64,000 nucleotides of DNA from Dehalococcoidia bacterium (GTDB taxonomy: Bacteria > Chloroflexota > Dehalococcoidia > DSTF01 > JALHUB01): contig DAOULP010000083.1 in the NCBI GenBank assembly GCA_034420175.1, positions 191 to 64,190 on the forward strand. Reading direction: 5' to 3'. Shown here one piece after another: positions 46,821 through 56,806 of this stretch. The position numbers and the translations under genes were made by a program. The notes under the pieces were generated by a model. That model was not told where the DNA came from. It made no database searches and saw only the letters and a program-made list of their open reading frames with translations. How positions within the stretch are numbered: the first letter of the stretch is position 1; each line of letters begins with the position of its first letter.

Positions 46821-47618
46821 CTAGCCGGCCTTCAATTCGTCAGCCTGTCGCTCAACCAGAGGCCAGGGCTGGCGCAAGCCGAGGAGCGCCAGGGTGGCCG
46901 TGAGCCGGTCCGGCGTGCCAAGTCGACGGTAGGCGTGTCGCAGGTGAGTCTTCACCGTCCCGACGCTGAGGTGGAGCCTGGCCCCGATCTCCTTGTTGCT
47001 CATGCCCCGCGCCACGAGCTCAAGCACCTCCCCCTCACGAGGACTGACAGAGTGCAACACGCGGGGGTCTACTCGAGCGCCTGCGTCCAGACGTCCAGCG
47101 CGTTCTTGTGGGGCTCGCTGCTCAGGTAGTCGAGAGGCTACCAGCGGGTCCATCACAAACCAGCGATGGGCGACGGCCAACAGCGCGCTCGGGAGAGCGT
47201 CTCCCGCCAGGCTCCCGAGAACGTACCCGCTAGCACCGGCCCGAACCGCTGCCATCAAGGAATCCGCGCTGGCATCGCGGGCCAGCACAACCACGTGCGC
47301 GCCTGCGAAGGCCTGGACGACACGCCGGAGCGATTCCGCTCCGTCTGATTCCAGAAGGTCTATCCCCACCAGCACGATGTCTGGTGGAGGACAGCGGAAC
47401 GTATCCAGGCTCATCAGGTCGGCGGATGGCCCCGCCACCACCTCCAGATCTCGGCAGGCGGAGAGAGCCGCCTGAATGCCGTCCCGCAATAGGGGGGACG
47501 GCTCCAACAAGAGGATCCGTCGGCGGCGGACTGCGGCTGCTGAGTCGGCTTGGCCAATCGAGAGGTGTTCACCACTCCCGGTGGGCGCGGGGCCACTTGC
47601 GGTGAGATTCTGTGTCAT
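46821..47618 (-). CDS. NarL/FixJ-family response regulator (REC + LuxR HTH)
   Basis: GGAGGAG RBS before ATG 47618; the ORF opens at 47744. Receiver RILLLEPSPLLRDGIQ..DIVLVGIDL. LuxR HTH LSPREGEVLELVARGMSNKEIGARLHLSVGTVKTHLRHAYRRLG. Confidence 0.85.
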   Translation of the reverse strand: MTQNLTASGPAPTGSGEHLSIGQADSAAAVRRRRILLLEPSPLLRDGIQAALSACRDLEVVAGPSADLMSLDTFRCPPPDIVLVGIDLLESDGAESLRRVVQAFAGAHVVVLARDASADSLMAAVRAGASGYVLGSLAGDALPSALLAVAHRWFVMDPLVASRLPEQRAPQERAGRLDAGARVDPRVLHSVSPREGEVLELVARGMSNKEIGARLHLSVGTVKTHLRHAYRRLGTPDRLTATLALLGLRQPWPLVERQADELKAG

Positions 47619-47733
47619 TGGGTCTCCTCCCTGCTGCAGACGGTGCGTCTTGGCCGATGGACCACTGCTGGCATCACATCTGCGGGCTACAGGTGCCCCG
47701 CTTCCCCCGGGGCGGTGTCCGAACACCATCACG

Positions 47734-48531
47734 CTAGGCCGCATCCACGGCCTTCGTCTCGGCCACCATCTTGCGAAGACGGCTCAAGGCGCGACGGTGG
47801 ATCTCGCAGGCGCGGGCGGACGACACTCCCAGACATCGCGAGATGCTCACCATCGTGTCACCGTGGAAGTACCGGCGAACCACGACTTCCCGCTCGCGGT
47901 GTGGGAGCGAGGCCACCATTCTGCGGATGAACTCGGCCTGAATCCGATCGATAGCAGCCTCTTCGGCCGGCCCCTCGCTGCCCCCCTTCTCCTCAGCTTC
48001 CCTTCCCGCTTCCCACAGATGTAGGGTGCGAATGGCCCGCGACTCCATCAACGCTCTGGCCTCCCTCCGGCCCGTTCCCAGCCGGGCCGCCACTTCAGCC
48101 GGTTCCGGCTCACGCCCTAGTTCGATCGCGAGTTCGCTCCACACGGCGTCGTACCGCCGCAGGTTGTCTCGTATCTGACGGGAGTGAGGCTCCGCCCTTC
48201 GAAGCGAGTCGACGATGGCACCACGGATGCGGATGGAGGCGAAGGCCGAGAAGGCCACGCCCCGCTCCGGCTCGAAGGCGTGGGCCGCCTGCACCAGCGC
48301 CACATAGCCGTCGCTTTCGGCGTCCTCTCGGCCCACCCGCCCGCTGTCTTGTACCAGACATCGGGCGAAGTACCTCACCAAAGGAATGCAGCTCGTGATC
48401 AATTTCTCCTGTGGCGTCAACTCTCTTCTTGCCCTCCGTCGGCATCGTTGCCGACTGCGGCAGCCGGACGAGCGCTGCTGGCTGCCATCGTTCCTTCCCA
48501 AGGCGACACCATTGTGCGCCTGACGGATCAC
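47734..48531 (-). CDS. Sigma-70 family RNA polymerase sigma factor (group 3, FliA/SigB-like)
   Basis: Region 2 (LITSCIPLVRYFARCLV..DAESDGYVALVQAAHAFEPERGVAFSAFASIRIRGAIVD). Region 4 HTH (VVRRYFHGDTMVSISRCLGVSSARACEIHRRALSRLR). Exact start uncertain. Confidence 0.8.
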   Translation of the reverse strand: MIRQAHNGVALGRNDGSQQRSSGCRSRQRCRRRARRELTPQEKLITSCIPLVRYFARCLVQDSGRVGREDAESDGYVALVQAAHAFEPERGVAFSAFASIRIRGAIVDSLRRAEPHSRQIRDNLRRYDAVWSELAIELGREPEPAEVAARLGTGRREARALMESRAIRTLHLWEAGREAEEKGGSEGPAEEAAIDRIQAEFIRRMVASLPHREREVVVRRYFHGDTMVSISRCLGVSSARACEIHRRALSRLRKMVAETKAVDAA

Positions 48532-48825
48532 GAAAGCGTTTCACGGTCAGAGGCTTGTGTGTCAAAGGCGTAACAGCGCTCACTGCCGCCACGGCGCAGC
48601 TTCCACATCCGAAGGACGGGTAGGCTCAGGACACCCTCACGGCGGCGAGGATTCGCCGATTGTTCAATGGAATGTGGCGTCCGCCGGCCGTCAGGCGGCG
48701 GTCACCGCGGCGGATGTCGGATTGGACTCCGGCCTCATGACCCGAACAGCGGCCGGGTCTCGGTGCCCGTCTTCGTCTCTCCACTCGCCGACGGGGCTGG
48801 TACTGGGAGGGCAGACAGCGTGGAG

Positions 48826-50235
48826 ATGACAAGAGTTCTCGGAATCCTACAACGTTGGTGGTGGGTGCTTCTGTTGGGGATCGTTGTGGGCGGTGGCGCC
48901 GGCTTCGTCATCAGCAAGGCCATGACGCCCATCTACCAGGCATCGGCAAGTCTGCTCGTCAACCAGACTCAGACGCCGGGCGTCCTCGCCTACAACGACG
49001 TCCTGACGAGCGAGCGCCTCACTAAGACCTACCGCGAGCTCGTAACGCAACGGCCGGTCCTAGAGGAGGTCGTGGAGCGCGTAGGAGAGCCCCTGGACGC
49101 GGAGACCCTGCGCGACATGATTAGCGTGAGTGTGGTCCGCGACACGCAGCTTCTACTCTTGTCCGTGGAGAGCGATGACCCCATCGAGGCCACGATACTG
49201 GCGAACGCCACAGCGGAGGCCTTCATAAGTCAGAACGATGATGCGGACGTCAGTCGGGTAGGCACGGTCAGCGTGGTGGAGCCGGCGGCGGTGCCGGCCA
49301 GTCCTGTGAAGCCTAGGGTCACGGTGAACGTCGTGCTGGGGCTTCTTGCCGGCCTGATTATTGCTGCGGGCCTGGTCTTGCTGATGGAGTACCTGGACGA
49401 CACGGTGAAGTCGGAGCAGGACGTGGAGCGGGTGTCTGGTCTGGCCACTCTGGGTGTGGTCATGCGTTTCGGCCGCCGGGCACCGCGCCAGCCCGTGAGC
49501 GGATGTGGGTCACAGAATCCGGTCGCCGAGGCCTACCGAAGCATCCGGACAAGCGTGCAGTTTGCGACTATGGAGCGGTCGGGGCAGGTCCTGCTCGTGA
49601 CCAGCGCCAACCCCCTTGAGGGCAAATCCACGACGGCCGCCAACCTGGCTGTGACAATGGCCCAGGCCGGCAAACGGGTCGTGCTGGTGGACGCCGACCT
49701 TCGCCGGCCCACTCTCCACCAGGTCTTCAACGTCGAGAACCGAGCAGGCCTCACCAGCGCTCTTCTCACCGGAAACGGGGCCGACCCCTACGTCCAGCCC
49801 ACGGCGTACGAGAACCTGTGCCTGCTGGCGAGCGGCCCCATCCCACCCAATCCTTCAGAGCTGCTGGCTTCTACACGCATGCGCGAGCTAGTCGAGGCGT
49901 TGCGAGGGCAGGCGGACATCGTGATCGTGGATAGCCCGCCGGCGCTCATGATAACCGACGCGACGCTCCTGGCGGCCCTGGTCGATGGAACCATCGTCGT
50001 GACGGAGGCGGGTCGAACCCGCTCAGCCGCCCTGCGCCACACCGTGGACGGACTGAGCAGGGCCACTGACGGCCTGCTGGGTGTCGTTCTCAACAAGATC
50101 GGTTCCCGCCGCACTCGGTCCTACCTCAACTACTACCGGTACTACTCGCCGGGCGCGACGGATCGGCGGCGAGAGGAGCGTGCCGAGTCCGTGGTTCCGG
50201 CAACGATGTCCGCCAGAGGGGCACCCAATGACTAG
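48826..50235 (+). CDS. Polysaccharide co-polymerase / tyrosine autokinase (Wzc/EpsB-like: Wzz domain fused to CpsD/CapB ATPase)
   Basis: Start MTRVLG (ATG 48826); the ORF opens at 48667. N-terminal TM, chain-length-determinant region and second TM. Walker A LVTSANPLEGKSTTAANLA. Walker B VVLVDADLRRP and IVIVDSPP. C-terminal Tyr-rich tail YLNYYRYYSP. Confidence 0.85.
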   Translation: MTRVLGILQRWWWVLLLGIVVGGGAGFVISKAMTPIYQASASLLVNQTQTPGVLAYNDVLTSERLTKTYRELVTQRPVLEEVVERVGEPLDAETLRDMISVSVVRDTQLLLLSVESDDPIEATILANATAEAFISQNDDADVSRVGTVSVVEPAAVPASPVKPRVTVNVVLGLLAGLIIAAGLVLLMEYLDDTVKSEQDVERVSGLATLGVVMRFGRRAPRQPVSGCGSQNPVAEAYRSIRTSVQFATMERSGQVLLVTSANPLEGKSTTAANLAVTMAQAGKRVVLVDADLRRPTLHQVFNVENRAGLTSALLTGNGADPYVQPTAYENLCLLASGPIPPNPSELLASTRMRELVEALRGQADIVIVDSPPALMITDATLLAALVDGTIVVTEAGRTRSAALRHTVDGLSRATDGLLGVVLNKIGSRRTRSYLNYYRYYSPGATDRRREERAESVVPATMSARGAPND

Positions 50236-51001
50236 AACGGCAACCCGGGGTGCCGAATGCCAACGAGGTGAAGACGCCCTGGAACAACGCGTGGTGGAAC
50301 TGGACGCGTTTACCTGCAGTGTCTTCCATGATCTGAAGCAGCCGCTGCGCGCCATCGAAGCGTTCAGCCAGTTCCTGCTGGAGGATTACGGCGGCCAGTT
50401 CGACGAGCAGGGACGAGAGTACCTGGCAAAGTTGCGCAACGCGAGCGTGCGCATGAAACGCTTGCTCCAAGATCTCTCAGTGTTCTCACACGTATCACGC
50501 CAAGTGGGTCCCCCAGCGCGGGTGAATGTCGGTCAGTTGGCCACAGAGGTAATCGACGGGCTGCAGCCCGCGATTGAAGCGAAGGGCGCACTGGTGGAGA
50601 TAGAGAACGGCCTGCCGGACGTCCGGGGCGAAGCGTGCCGGATCGACCAGGTCTTCACGAACCTGATAGCCAATGCTCTCAAGTTCACCGGGGACAAGCC
50701 ACCGGTTGTCAGGGTCGGCCTAAGGAGATCTGAGGGCCTGGCGGCCACCTTCTACGTTGAGGACAACGGGATTGGCATCGACCGAAGGCATCACGAGCGG
50801 ATCTTCGGCATGTTCCAGAGACTGCACCGGCAGGATGAGTACGACGGGACCGGCGCAGGCCTTGCCATCGTGAAGCGGGTAGTGGAGGCGCTTGGGGGGC
50901 GCGTGTGGGTGGAGTCGGAAGTCGGCTCCGGGGCAACGTTCCTGTTCACGCTGCCGCTGTGGGTGGAGGCGCCTTCTTCTGACAAACTCAGCACAACGTG
51001 A
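50228..51001 (+). CDS. Cytoplasmic histidine kinase (HisKA + HATPase_c)
   Basis: ATG at 50228 after a GAGGGG RBS, overlapping the Wzc stop. H-box FTCSVFHDLKQPLRAI. N-box FTNLIANALKFT. G-boxes DNGIGID and GTGAGLAIVKRVV. Confidence 0.85.
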   Translation: MTRTATRGAECQRGEDALEQRVVELDAFTCSVFHDLKQPLRAIEAFSQFLLEDYGGQFDEQGREYLAKLRNASVRMKRLLQDLSVFSHVSRQVGPPARVNVGQLATEVIDGLQPAIEAKGALVEIENGLPDVRGEACRIDQVFTNLIANALKFTGDKPPVVRVGLRRSEGLAATFYVEDNGIGIDRRHHERIFGMFQRLHRQDEYDGTGAGLAIVKRVVEALGGRVWVESEVGSGATFLFTLPLWVEAPSSDKLSTT

Positions 51002-51017
51002 CCGAGAGGAGTGCACT

Positions 51018-51470
51018 GTGGACAGGCGTAAGCCCCTGCAGATCCTCCTGGTGGAGGACAACCCAGATGATGTGGAGATCACCCGTAGGGCGCTCATTGG
51101 GGGCTGCCGGGCTACGGCGCTCCAGGCTGTGGGCACTGCCCGGGAGGCCCTTGACTACCTGTTCCCCGGGGCCGCCGTCATCGCCGAAAGCCAGGAGTCG
51201 CGGCCTGACTTGATTCTGTTGGATCTGAATCTGCCGGAAGTCGATGGGCTCCAGGTACTGGCGACAGTTCGCGCCAGCCGGGACCTCCGGACGACACCTG
51301 TCGTCATCCTCACCGCCTCAGACCGAGACGAGGATGTGGTCAAGAGCTATGAACTGGGCGCGAACAGTTACATTCAGAAGCCGGTGGAATTCGAGGAATT
51401 CCGCCACGCCGTTGAGGTTCTTGGCGAGTACTGGGGGGATGTGGCGACGCTTCCGCGACGAGCTGCCTAG
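51018..51470 (+). CDS. Single-domain response regulator (receiver)
   Basis: GTG start at 51018 after a GAGAGGA RBS. LQILLVEDNPDDVEI...LILLDLNLPEVDG...ILTAS..D...KSYELGANSYIQKP. Confidence 0.8.
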   Translation: MDRRKPLQILLVEDNPDDVEITRRALIGGCRATALQAVGTAREALDYLFPGAAVIAESQESRPDLILLDLNLPEVDGLQVLATVRASRDLRTTPVVILTASDRDEDVVKSYELGANSYIQKPVEFEEFRHAVEVLGEYWGDVATLPRRAA

Positions 51471-51524
51471 GAATCCACCGACCAGATGGGCAGCACATCG
51501 AAGTAGGGTAGGAGGGATTCAACC

Positions 51525-52001
51525 ATGGATGCTACTCTCGATCTGAGGCGCCTGGCACGTGTGTATAGGGCCCTGGGCGACCGAACCCGCCTGCAGTTGG
51601 TCATGCTCCTGGCCGAAACGAAACCTAGGCACGAGGCGAACGTTAGCGAGCTCGCCAACGATCTGGGCATCAGGCAGTCGTTGGCTTCTGTGCATCTGGC
51701 GACTCTCCGGGCCGCCGGCTTACTGACGCGCGAGCGCCGGGGGAGACGCATGTACTACCGCTTGGATCGCGCTGCTCTCGAGTCCCACTCCCGCCAAGTA
51801 CTTGCCACGCTTGGGGAGGAGTTCCTGACCTACAGCCTCGGCGTGCTGCCGGGCGCGAGACACGCCTTGGAGAGCCCTTCCCGTGAAGGGAGGCTGGCCG
51901 AGACAGGGAACGGTCGGCGCCGGCGCGCGGTGGGTAGGGAGCGGTCATCCCCACGACACCGGTATCGCCCCGTTGACGTGGCAGCCTCCGCAGCGGCCTG
52001 A
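51525..52001 (+). CDS. ArsR/SmtB-family HTH transcriptional regulator
   Basis: ALGDRTRLQLVMLLAE...NVSELANDLGIRQSLASVHLATLRAAGLL is an ArsR-type wHTH. C-terminal Arg-rich extension. Confidence 0.7.
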   Translation: MDATLDLRRLARVYRALGDRTRLQLVMLLAETKPRHEANVSELANDLGIRQSLASVHLATLRAAGLLTRERRGRRMYYRLDRAALESHSRQVLATLGEEFLTYSLGVLPGARHALESPSREGRLAETGNGRRRRAVGRERSSPRHRYRPVDVAASAAA

Positions 52002-52490
52002 GACGGAGCCGGCCCACGAACCTGCGAGGGAGGAACAGTGTCGCGCCGGGCTGTTGCCGGCGCCTGTCCGTGCGCCCGGGACGCCCTGCGACTCTCACGC
52101 CCATCGTCGTTCCTCAGCCAACTGAGAGACAGCGACGGCCAAGGGTACCGGGGCGTCGCCTCCACTCATGCGCTCGCAACGCCCATCGATGGCGGCCAGG
52201 CGTCTCACTGGGCTGCCCCGCCGCCAGTCTTGACATAACAGCTCACGCGGCAGGCAAAGCCTGCCTCTGCCCCGTCACGGGTGGCTCGCCGGGGGCGTAG
52301 CGCTCTCCCCGGTCGCGATGGGCTTGAGTGCCTGCGCCGCCCGTGACGTGGCTTGGCGTGCAGTGAGGTGGATGGGGTTCGCCTCCGCAGGGATCTCGCG
52401 CTGCCCTCGCTGGGCAGGCGAATGCGGAGAGATCCGGCGATCCTTCTGCTGGGGCGTTGAGGCCAATGGCGGAGCGCCGCCCGCAGGATT

Positions 52491-52865
52491 TCAGCCCGGC
52501 TCCCCGGCGTCGAGCAGCTCAATGAGGACTCCGTGGGCGCTCTTGGGATGGATGAACCGGTCCCCTATGACCCTCAGCCCCTTCTCCTTGCATGACACCA
52601 GCACTTCGTCAAGGGAGTCAACCGCGATGGAAACGTGGTGGATTCCCTCCCCATTGGCGTCGAGAAACCGCTCGATCAGCCCGCCTTCACCCTTTGGTTC
52701 CAGCAGCTCGAAGAGGCCCGATCCGACCGTGACCATCCGGGAGAGGAACTCGCCCGTTTCCATCGAGTAGTCTGTCCGCTGCGCGTCGAACACCTCCTCG
52801 AAGAACGCGGTGACTTCTTCGACACTTCGCACGGCAAGACCCACGTGGTGAATGCCTTGTCTCAT
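52491..52865 (-). CDS. VOC-family (glyoxalase/bleomycin-resistance/dioxygenase fold) protein, methylmalonyl-CoA-epimerase-like
   Basis: IHHVGLAVRSVEEVTAFFEEVF...GIHHVSIAVDSLDEVL shows the paired betaalphabetabetabeta modules. Confidence 0.8.
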   Translation of the reverse strand: MRQGIHHVGLAVRSVEEVTAFFEEVFDAQRTDYSMETGEFLSRMVTVGSGLFELLEPKGEGGLIERFLDANGEGIHHVSIAVDSLDEVLVSCKEKGLRVIGDRFIHPKSAHGVLIELLDAGEPG

Positions 52866-53068
52866 GCCTTCTCCTTCTCAAGACGCCCTTCGCTGCGCCG
52901 TCCAGGCAGATCGGCTGGCGGGTCTATCGCCCCCTTCGGTTCGCAGCCACGTGCGGGCCGACGCGCTCCAACGCCATTATGCTCGGTTGCTCCGGTCCCG
53001 ATCCAGGCATATGCTCTGGGGCGCAGGGTGGATGCGGGGAGCGCCAGGGTTCGGCAAGGGGGCACAGC

Positions 53069-53452
53069 ATGCCGAGAGTCGTACATTTCGAGATACTTGC
53101 GGACGATCCGGAGCGAGCCCAGGAGTTCTACGCCGCTGTCTTCGGTTGGCACGTGCAGAAGTGGGAGGGGCCAGTGGACTACTGGCTGGTCACAACCGGT
53201 CCGGAGGACAGCCCCGGGATCAACGGTGCCATCATGAGACGTGAGGGAGCCGCGACTGGAGACTCGGTTACAGCGTACATCAACACCATCGACGTGCCGT
53301 CCGTCGACGAGTTTGTTGCCAAGGTCACGGCTCGTGGAGGCGCGGTGGATGTGCCCAAGACGGCTGTGCCAGGCGTTGGCTGGGTTGCCTACTGCAGGGA
53401 CACCGAGGGGAACGTATTCGGCATGATGCAGATGGACGAGTCCGCAACGTAG
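53069..53452 (+). CDS. VOC-family (glyoxalase-like) protein
   Basis: AAGGGGG RBS. VVHFEILADDPERAQEFYAAVFGWHVQKW...VAYCRDTEGNVFGMMQ. Confidence 0.8.
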   Translation: MPRVVHFEILADDPERAQEFYAAVFGWHVQKWEGPVDYWLVTTGPEDSPGINGAIMRREGAATGDSVTAYINTIDVPSVDEFVAKVTARGGAVDVPKTAVPGVGWVAYCRDTEGNVFGMMQMDESAT

Positions 53453-54007
53453 CCCCAAGAAAGCCCACTCCGTCTCCCAGGCGGACGCTCGCTGGCGCTG
53501 GCATCGTGGACCACCGGAGCGGCCCGTCCAGGCCAACGGCGAGCAGGCCGCCGGCGGTTCACGCTGGGATCTGCAATGAAGACCCACCCCCCTTTTGGGT
53601 AGCGCTTATCTAGCTTCTCTCTCGCCTCCAAGTGGCGCGGCGGGCGGCAACCGGGTTGGTGCCCACCGAAACACTGGACTGACTCCTCACCGTATTCGGC
53701 GTCTCCCAGCCACCTTGCGGCCAGGCTGGCCCGCTGATTCCGCGAGGGCCCATTGCCCACCACGGCTGCCGTCCCAGGGCACTGGATCCTGACTAGGACT
53801 CGCGCCAGTGTGGAACGCGCAGTGTTGGACAGGGTGAGCGACCGCAAGGATCTGCCCTGCCTACCGCCGAGTTGGAGGCGCAGTGCGGGGTGGCCTGCGC
53901 CTGCCCCCCGAATGGTACGGCGAGCAGCGCTGCTCTTCGGGGGCCCGGGCGCTCGCCTGGCGTGCTAGCCCTTCGGACTAGTCCAGTCGGCTTTCTCGCT
54001 AGTCTCT

Positions 54008-54496
54008 TTGGCGGGCGCAATCTGTCGGGCCGTACGGTGCGCCCCTGACGGCCGCGACGTAGCCTGTGTTTGGTCTCGTAAGCCTGATTCAAGGACTACT
54101 TGCGTGGTTAGGGCAACGGCAGACCGCTCTGGGCTGGAGGACACCGATCGGGGGTCCGGGGTGGTCATCCTCTACCGGAGTCGTCTCTTCCGTGATGTCA
54201 TAGTCCGCATTCTCCGGGATGCTCGGGGAGTGAGCATAGCCTGCGCCACTCACCGGCGCGGTGAGGCCCTTCAGGTCGCGGGCCGGCGGGCGGTGCAGAG
54301 CCTCATTGTGGAGACCAACGGGCCGGTGCAACAGGATAGGGGACTGCTGCGTTTTCTCTCTGGGGTGACAAGTATGAACCCCAATCTCCGAATCGTAGCC
54401 CTCAGCCTGAGCGAAGCCGGGGCCTTTGTCTATGCCTGGCGGAGGCTGGACCACATCGAGGCAGATCAGTTGGTGGCCGAGCTCTGCGCCCGATAG
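54008..54496 (+). CDS. Hypothetical protein with a degenerate receiver-like (REC-like) domain
   Basis: VVILYRSRLFRDVIVRILRDARGVSI...LIVETNG...NPNLRIVALSLSEAG has a CheY-like pattern with no clear phospho-acceptor context. Start uncertain. Confidence 0.3.
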   Translation: MAGAICRAVRCAPDGRDVACVWSRKPDSRTTCVVRATADRSGLEDTDRGSGVVILYRSRLFRDVIVRILRDARGVSIACATHRRGEALQVAGRRAVQSLIVETNGPVQQDRGLLRFLSGVTSMNPNLRIVALSLSEAGAFVYAWRRLDHIEADQLVAELCAR

Positions 54497-54508
54497 GGGA
54501 GAAGTCGC

Positions 54509-55294
54509 GTGCGAGATAGTCTGACTGTCCTGGGGGTCCGGATCGACCGCGTCAGCATGGCGCAGGCCTCTGCGCAGATCGAGCGGTTCGTGAGTCAGGG
54601 GGGAGCACACCGGATCGTAACAGTGAACCTTGACTACCTCCGGCACAGCCGCCGCGATCAACGCTTTCTTGACGCGCTGAATTCCGCGGACCTAGCCGTT
54701 GCTGACGGCGCGCCGCTTGTCTGGGCCTCGCGCCTTCTCGGCCAGCCCGTGCCGGAGCGGGTAACGGGTGTGGACATGGCGGAGCGCTGTGCCGAACTGG
54801 CGGCGGAAAGGGGATACGGTCTCTTCCTCCTCGGCGCGGCGCCTGGCGTGGCGGAGGCGACGGCCCGTGTGTTCGAACAGAGGTACCCCGGCGTTCGTGT
54901 CGTCGACACGTACAGTCCATCCTTCGGCGAGCTCTCTCGAGAGGAGGAGGAGGGCATCGTGGAGCGCATCCGCCGGACCAAGCCTGACATCCTGCTGGTT
55001 GCCCTTCCGACGCCACACCAGGAATTGTGGAACCACGGTCGCGTCGCCCAGTGGAGGGTGCCCGTTACGATTGGCGTGGGTGCCGCGTTCGATATGTTGA
55101 GCGGTCGCGTCCCCCGGGCTCCGCTCTGGATGCAGCGCTCCGGTCTTGAATGGCTGTTTCGTTTGTGGGTGGAGCCACGAAGGCTCTGGAAGAGATACCT
55201 TCTCCACGATCTCCCCGTTCTGATCCAGGTGCTGGGATCAGGGCTGACTTCGATTTGGCGCTCCTTGGGATACCGTCCTGGGAGCAGTCCGTAG
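54509..55294 (+). CDS. WecB/TagA/CpsF-family glycosyltransferase (N-acetylmannosaminyl- or glucosyl-transferase)
   Basis: LTVLGVRIDRVSMAQASAQIERF...RIVTVNLDYL...ADGAPLVWASRLLG...RVFLLGAAPGVAE...KPDILLVALPTPHQELW. Confidence 0.85.
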   Translation: MRDSLTVLGVRIDRVSMAQASAQIERFVSQGGAHRIVTVNLDYLRHSRRDQRFLDALNSADLAVADGAPLVWASRLLGQPVPERVTGVDMAERCAELAAERGYGLFLLGAAPGVAEATARVFEQRYPGVRVVDTYSPSFGELSREEEEGIVERIRRTKPDILLVALPTPHQELWNHGRVAQWRVPVTIGVGAAFDMLSGRVPRAPLWMQRSGLEWLFRLWVEPRRLWKRYLLHDLPVLIQVLGSGLTSIWRSLGYRPGSSP

Positions 55295-55334
55295 CACGTT
55301 GGGACCTGAGGACTTGAGGAGTAGATAAACGTCG

Positions 55335-56783
55335 ATGAGATCGCTGGACGTGCGAACTGAGAGTCTCCCCGTTGGAATAGCGACGACCGCGGCGGGCGGC
55401 CTGGCCGGGCGCCTTCTGTTCCCGGCGGCGTTTGCGATGGCCGACAGTGTGGCGTTGCTGGTCGCCGCCACCGCGTCACACTGGCTGCCTGGTACGACCA
55501 GCGAATCGGGGTGGCAGGGTTTCCTACCGGGCGTCCGGTTCATGTATCCGCTTGCCGTCTGGGTGGCCTCGATGTCGTCCCTGGTTGTCTTCGGCTTCTA
55601 CGATCGCCTGCGGACGGCCTTTCGCAAGCATGAACTGGTGGAACTCTACCGTGTCCTTGCCGTCAGCGTCATCCTTGCCGTTGCGGTCACCCTCATTCTC
55701 AATGGCGAAGCAGCTGCCCCTCTCGCCTACGTGGCCACGTGGCTGATTGCGCCGCCGGCTCTGGTTGGAGCTCGGGGCCTAGTGCGATGGTTCCGGAGGC
55801 AGGTTGCGCCTGCTTCCACTCTGGCTGTTCCTGTGCTGATCCTGGGCGAGGACGAGGCGGTCCAACGGCTGGCGGCACATCTGGAATCGCTACCCGAACT
55901 TGACCTTGCCCCAGTCGACAGAACCGGCGATGACCTGACAGGTTCATTCCCGGCGACCGGTGACATCTCGCGGCTCGCCTGGGAATCTGGTGTTCGGCAC
56001 CTTGTCGTCGTGTTAGCAGAAAAGAACGCTGGCAACATGCTACGGGTTGCCGCCCGTGCTCGTGAGGTTGGGTTGAGGGTAACCTGCCTGCAGCCGGCGA
56101 CTGGGCCGTCGCTGCGAGCGTCATCGCCACAGGTCTGGGAGGACGCGGCGGTCGTCGAACTGGTCGGTGCCGGGACCCGACAAGACTACGAGAGGGCCAA
56201 ACGGGCGCTCGACCTGGTGGCCACAACTGCTCTCAGCATCGCACTGCTGCCCGTGATGGTGGCAGTCGCGATCGCCATCAAACTCGATTCACCAGGGCCG
56301 GCCCTGATCCGCCAGACACGCATCGGACGCGACGGACGGCCTTTCCCGATGTACAAGTTCCGGAGCATGAGAACTGTCAGCGAGGAGATACCGACGGAGC
56401 TCAGACGCAGGAACGAAGCGACAGGACCTCTGTTCAAGATCCGCCGCGATCCGCGAACGACGAGGGTGGGTCGATTCCTGCGGAGGGCAAGCCTCGATGA
56501 ACTGCCTCAGCTACTCAATGTCGTGCGTGGCGAAATGAGCCTTGTTGGCCCGCGGCCCCCCCTGCCTCGGGAAATGCCTGGCTACGACGAGGTTCAGCGC
56601 AGACGGCTCACGGTCACTCCGGGGATCACCGGGATGTGGCAGGTGAGCGGTCGCAGCAATCTCACCTTTGAGGACATGCTGAGCCTTGACCTGGAGTACA
56701 TCGAGAAGCGTTCGCTGCCGCTGGACTTCGTCATCCTGTTGAGAACCGTTCCGTGCGTACTTGGCGGCAAGGGAGCCTGCTAG
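55335..56783 (+). CDS. Polyprenyl-phosphate sugar transferase (WbaP/EpsE-like exopolysaccharide priming glycosylphosphotransferase)
   Basis: N-terminal TM helices. C-terminal Bac_transf motifs: KRALDLVATTALSIALLPVMVAVAIAIKLDSPGPALIRQTRIGRDGRPFPMYKFRSM, DELPQLLNVVRGEMSLVGPRP, PGITGMWQVSGRS. Confidence 0.9.
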   Translation: MRSLDVRTESLPVGIATTAAGGLAGRLLFPAAFAMADSVALLVAATASHWLPGTTSESGWQGFLPGVRFMYPLAVWVASMSSLVVFGFYDRLRTAFRKHELVELYRVLAVSVILAVAVTLILNGEAAAPLAYVATWLIAPPALVGARGLVRWFRRQVAPASTLAVPVLILGEDEAVQRLAAHLESLPELDLAPVDRTGDDLTGSFPATGDISRLAWESGVRHLVVVLAEKNAGNMLRVAARAREVGLRVTCLQPATGPSLRASSPQVWEDAAVVELVGAGTRQDYERAKRALDLVATTALSIALLPVMVAVAIAIKLDSPGPALIRQTRIGRDGRPFPMYKFRSMRTVSEEIPTELRRRNEATGPLFKIRRDPRTTRVGRFLRRASLDELPQLLNVVRGEMSLVGPRPPLPREMPGYDEVQRRRLTVTPGITGMWQVSGRSNLTFEDMLSLDLEYIEKRSLPLDFVILLRTVPCVLGGKGAC

Positions 56784-56806
56784 CGCACTCCGGCGGGAGG
56801 AAAGAC

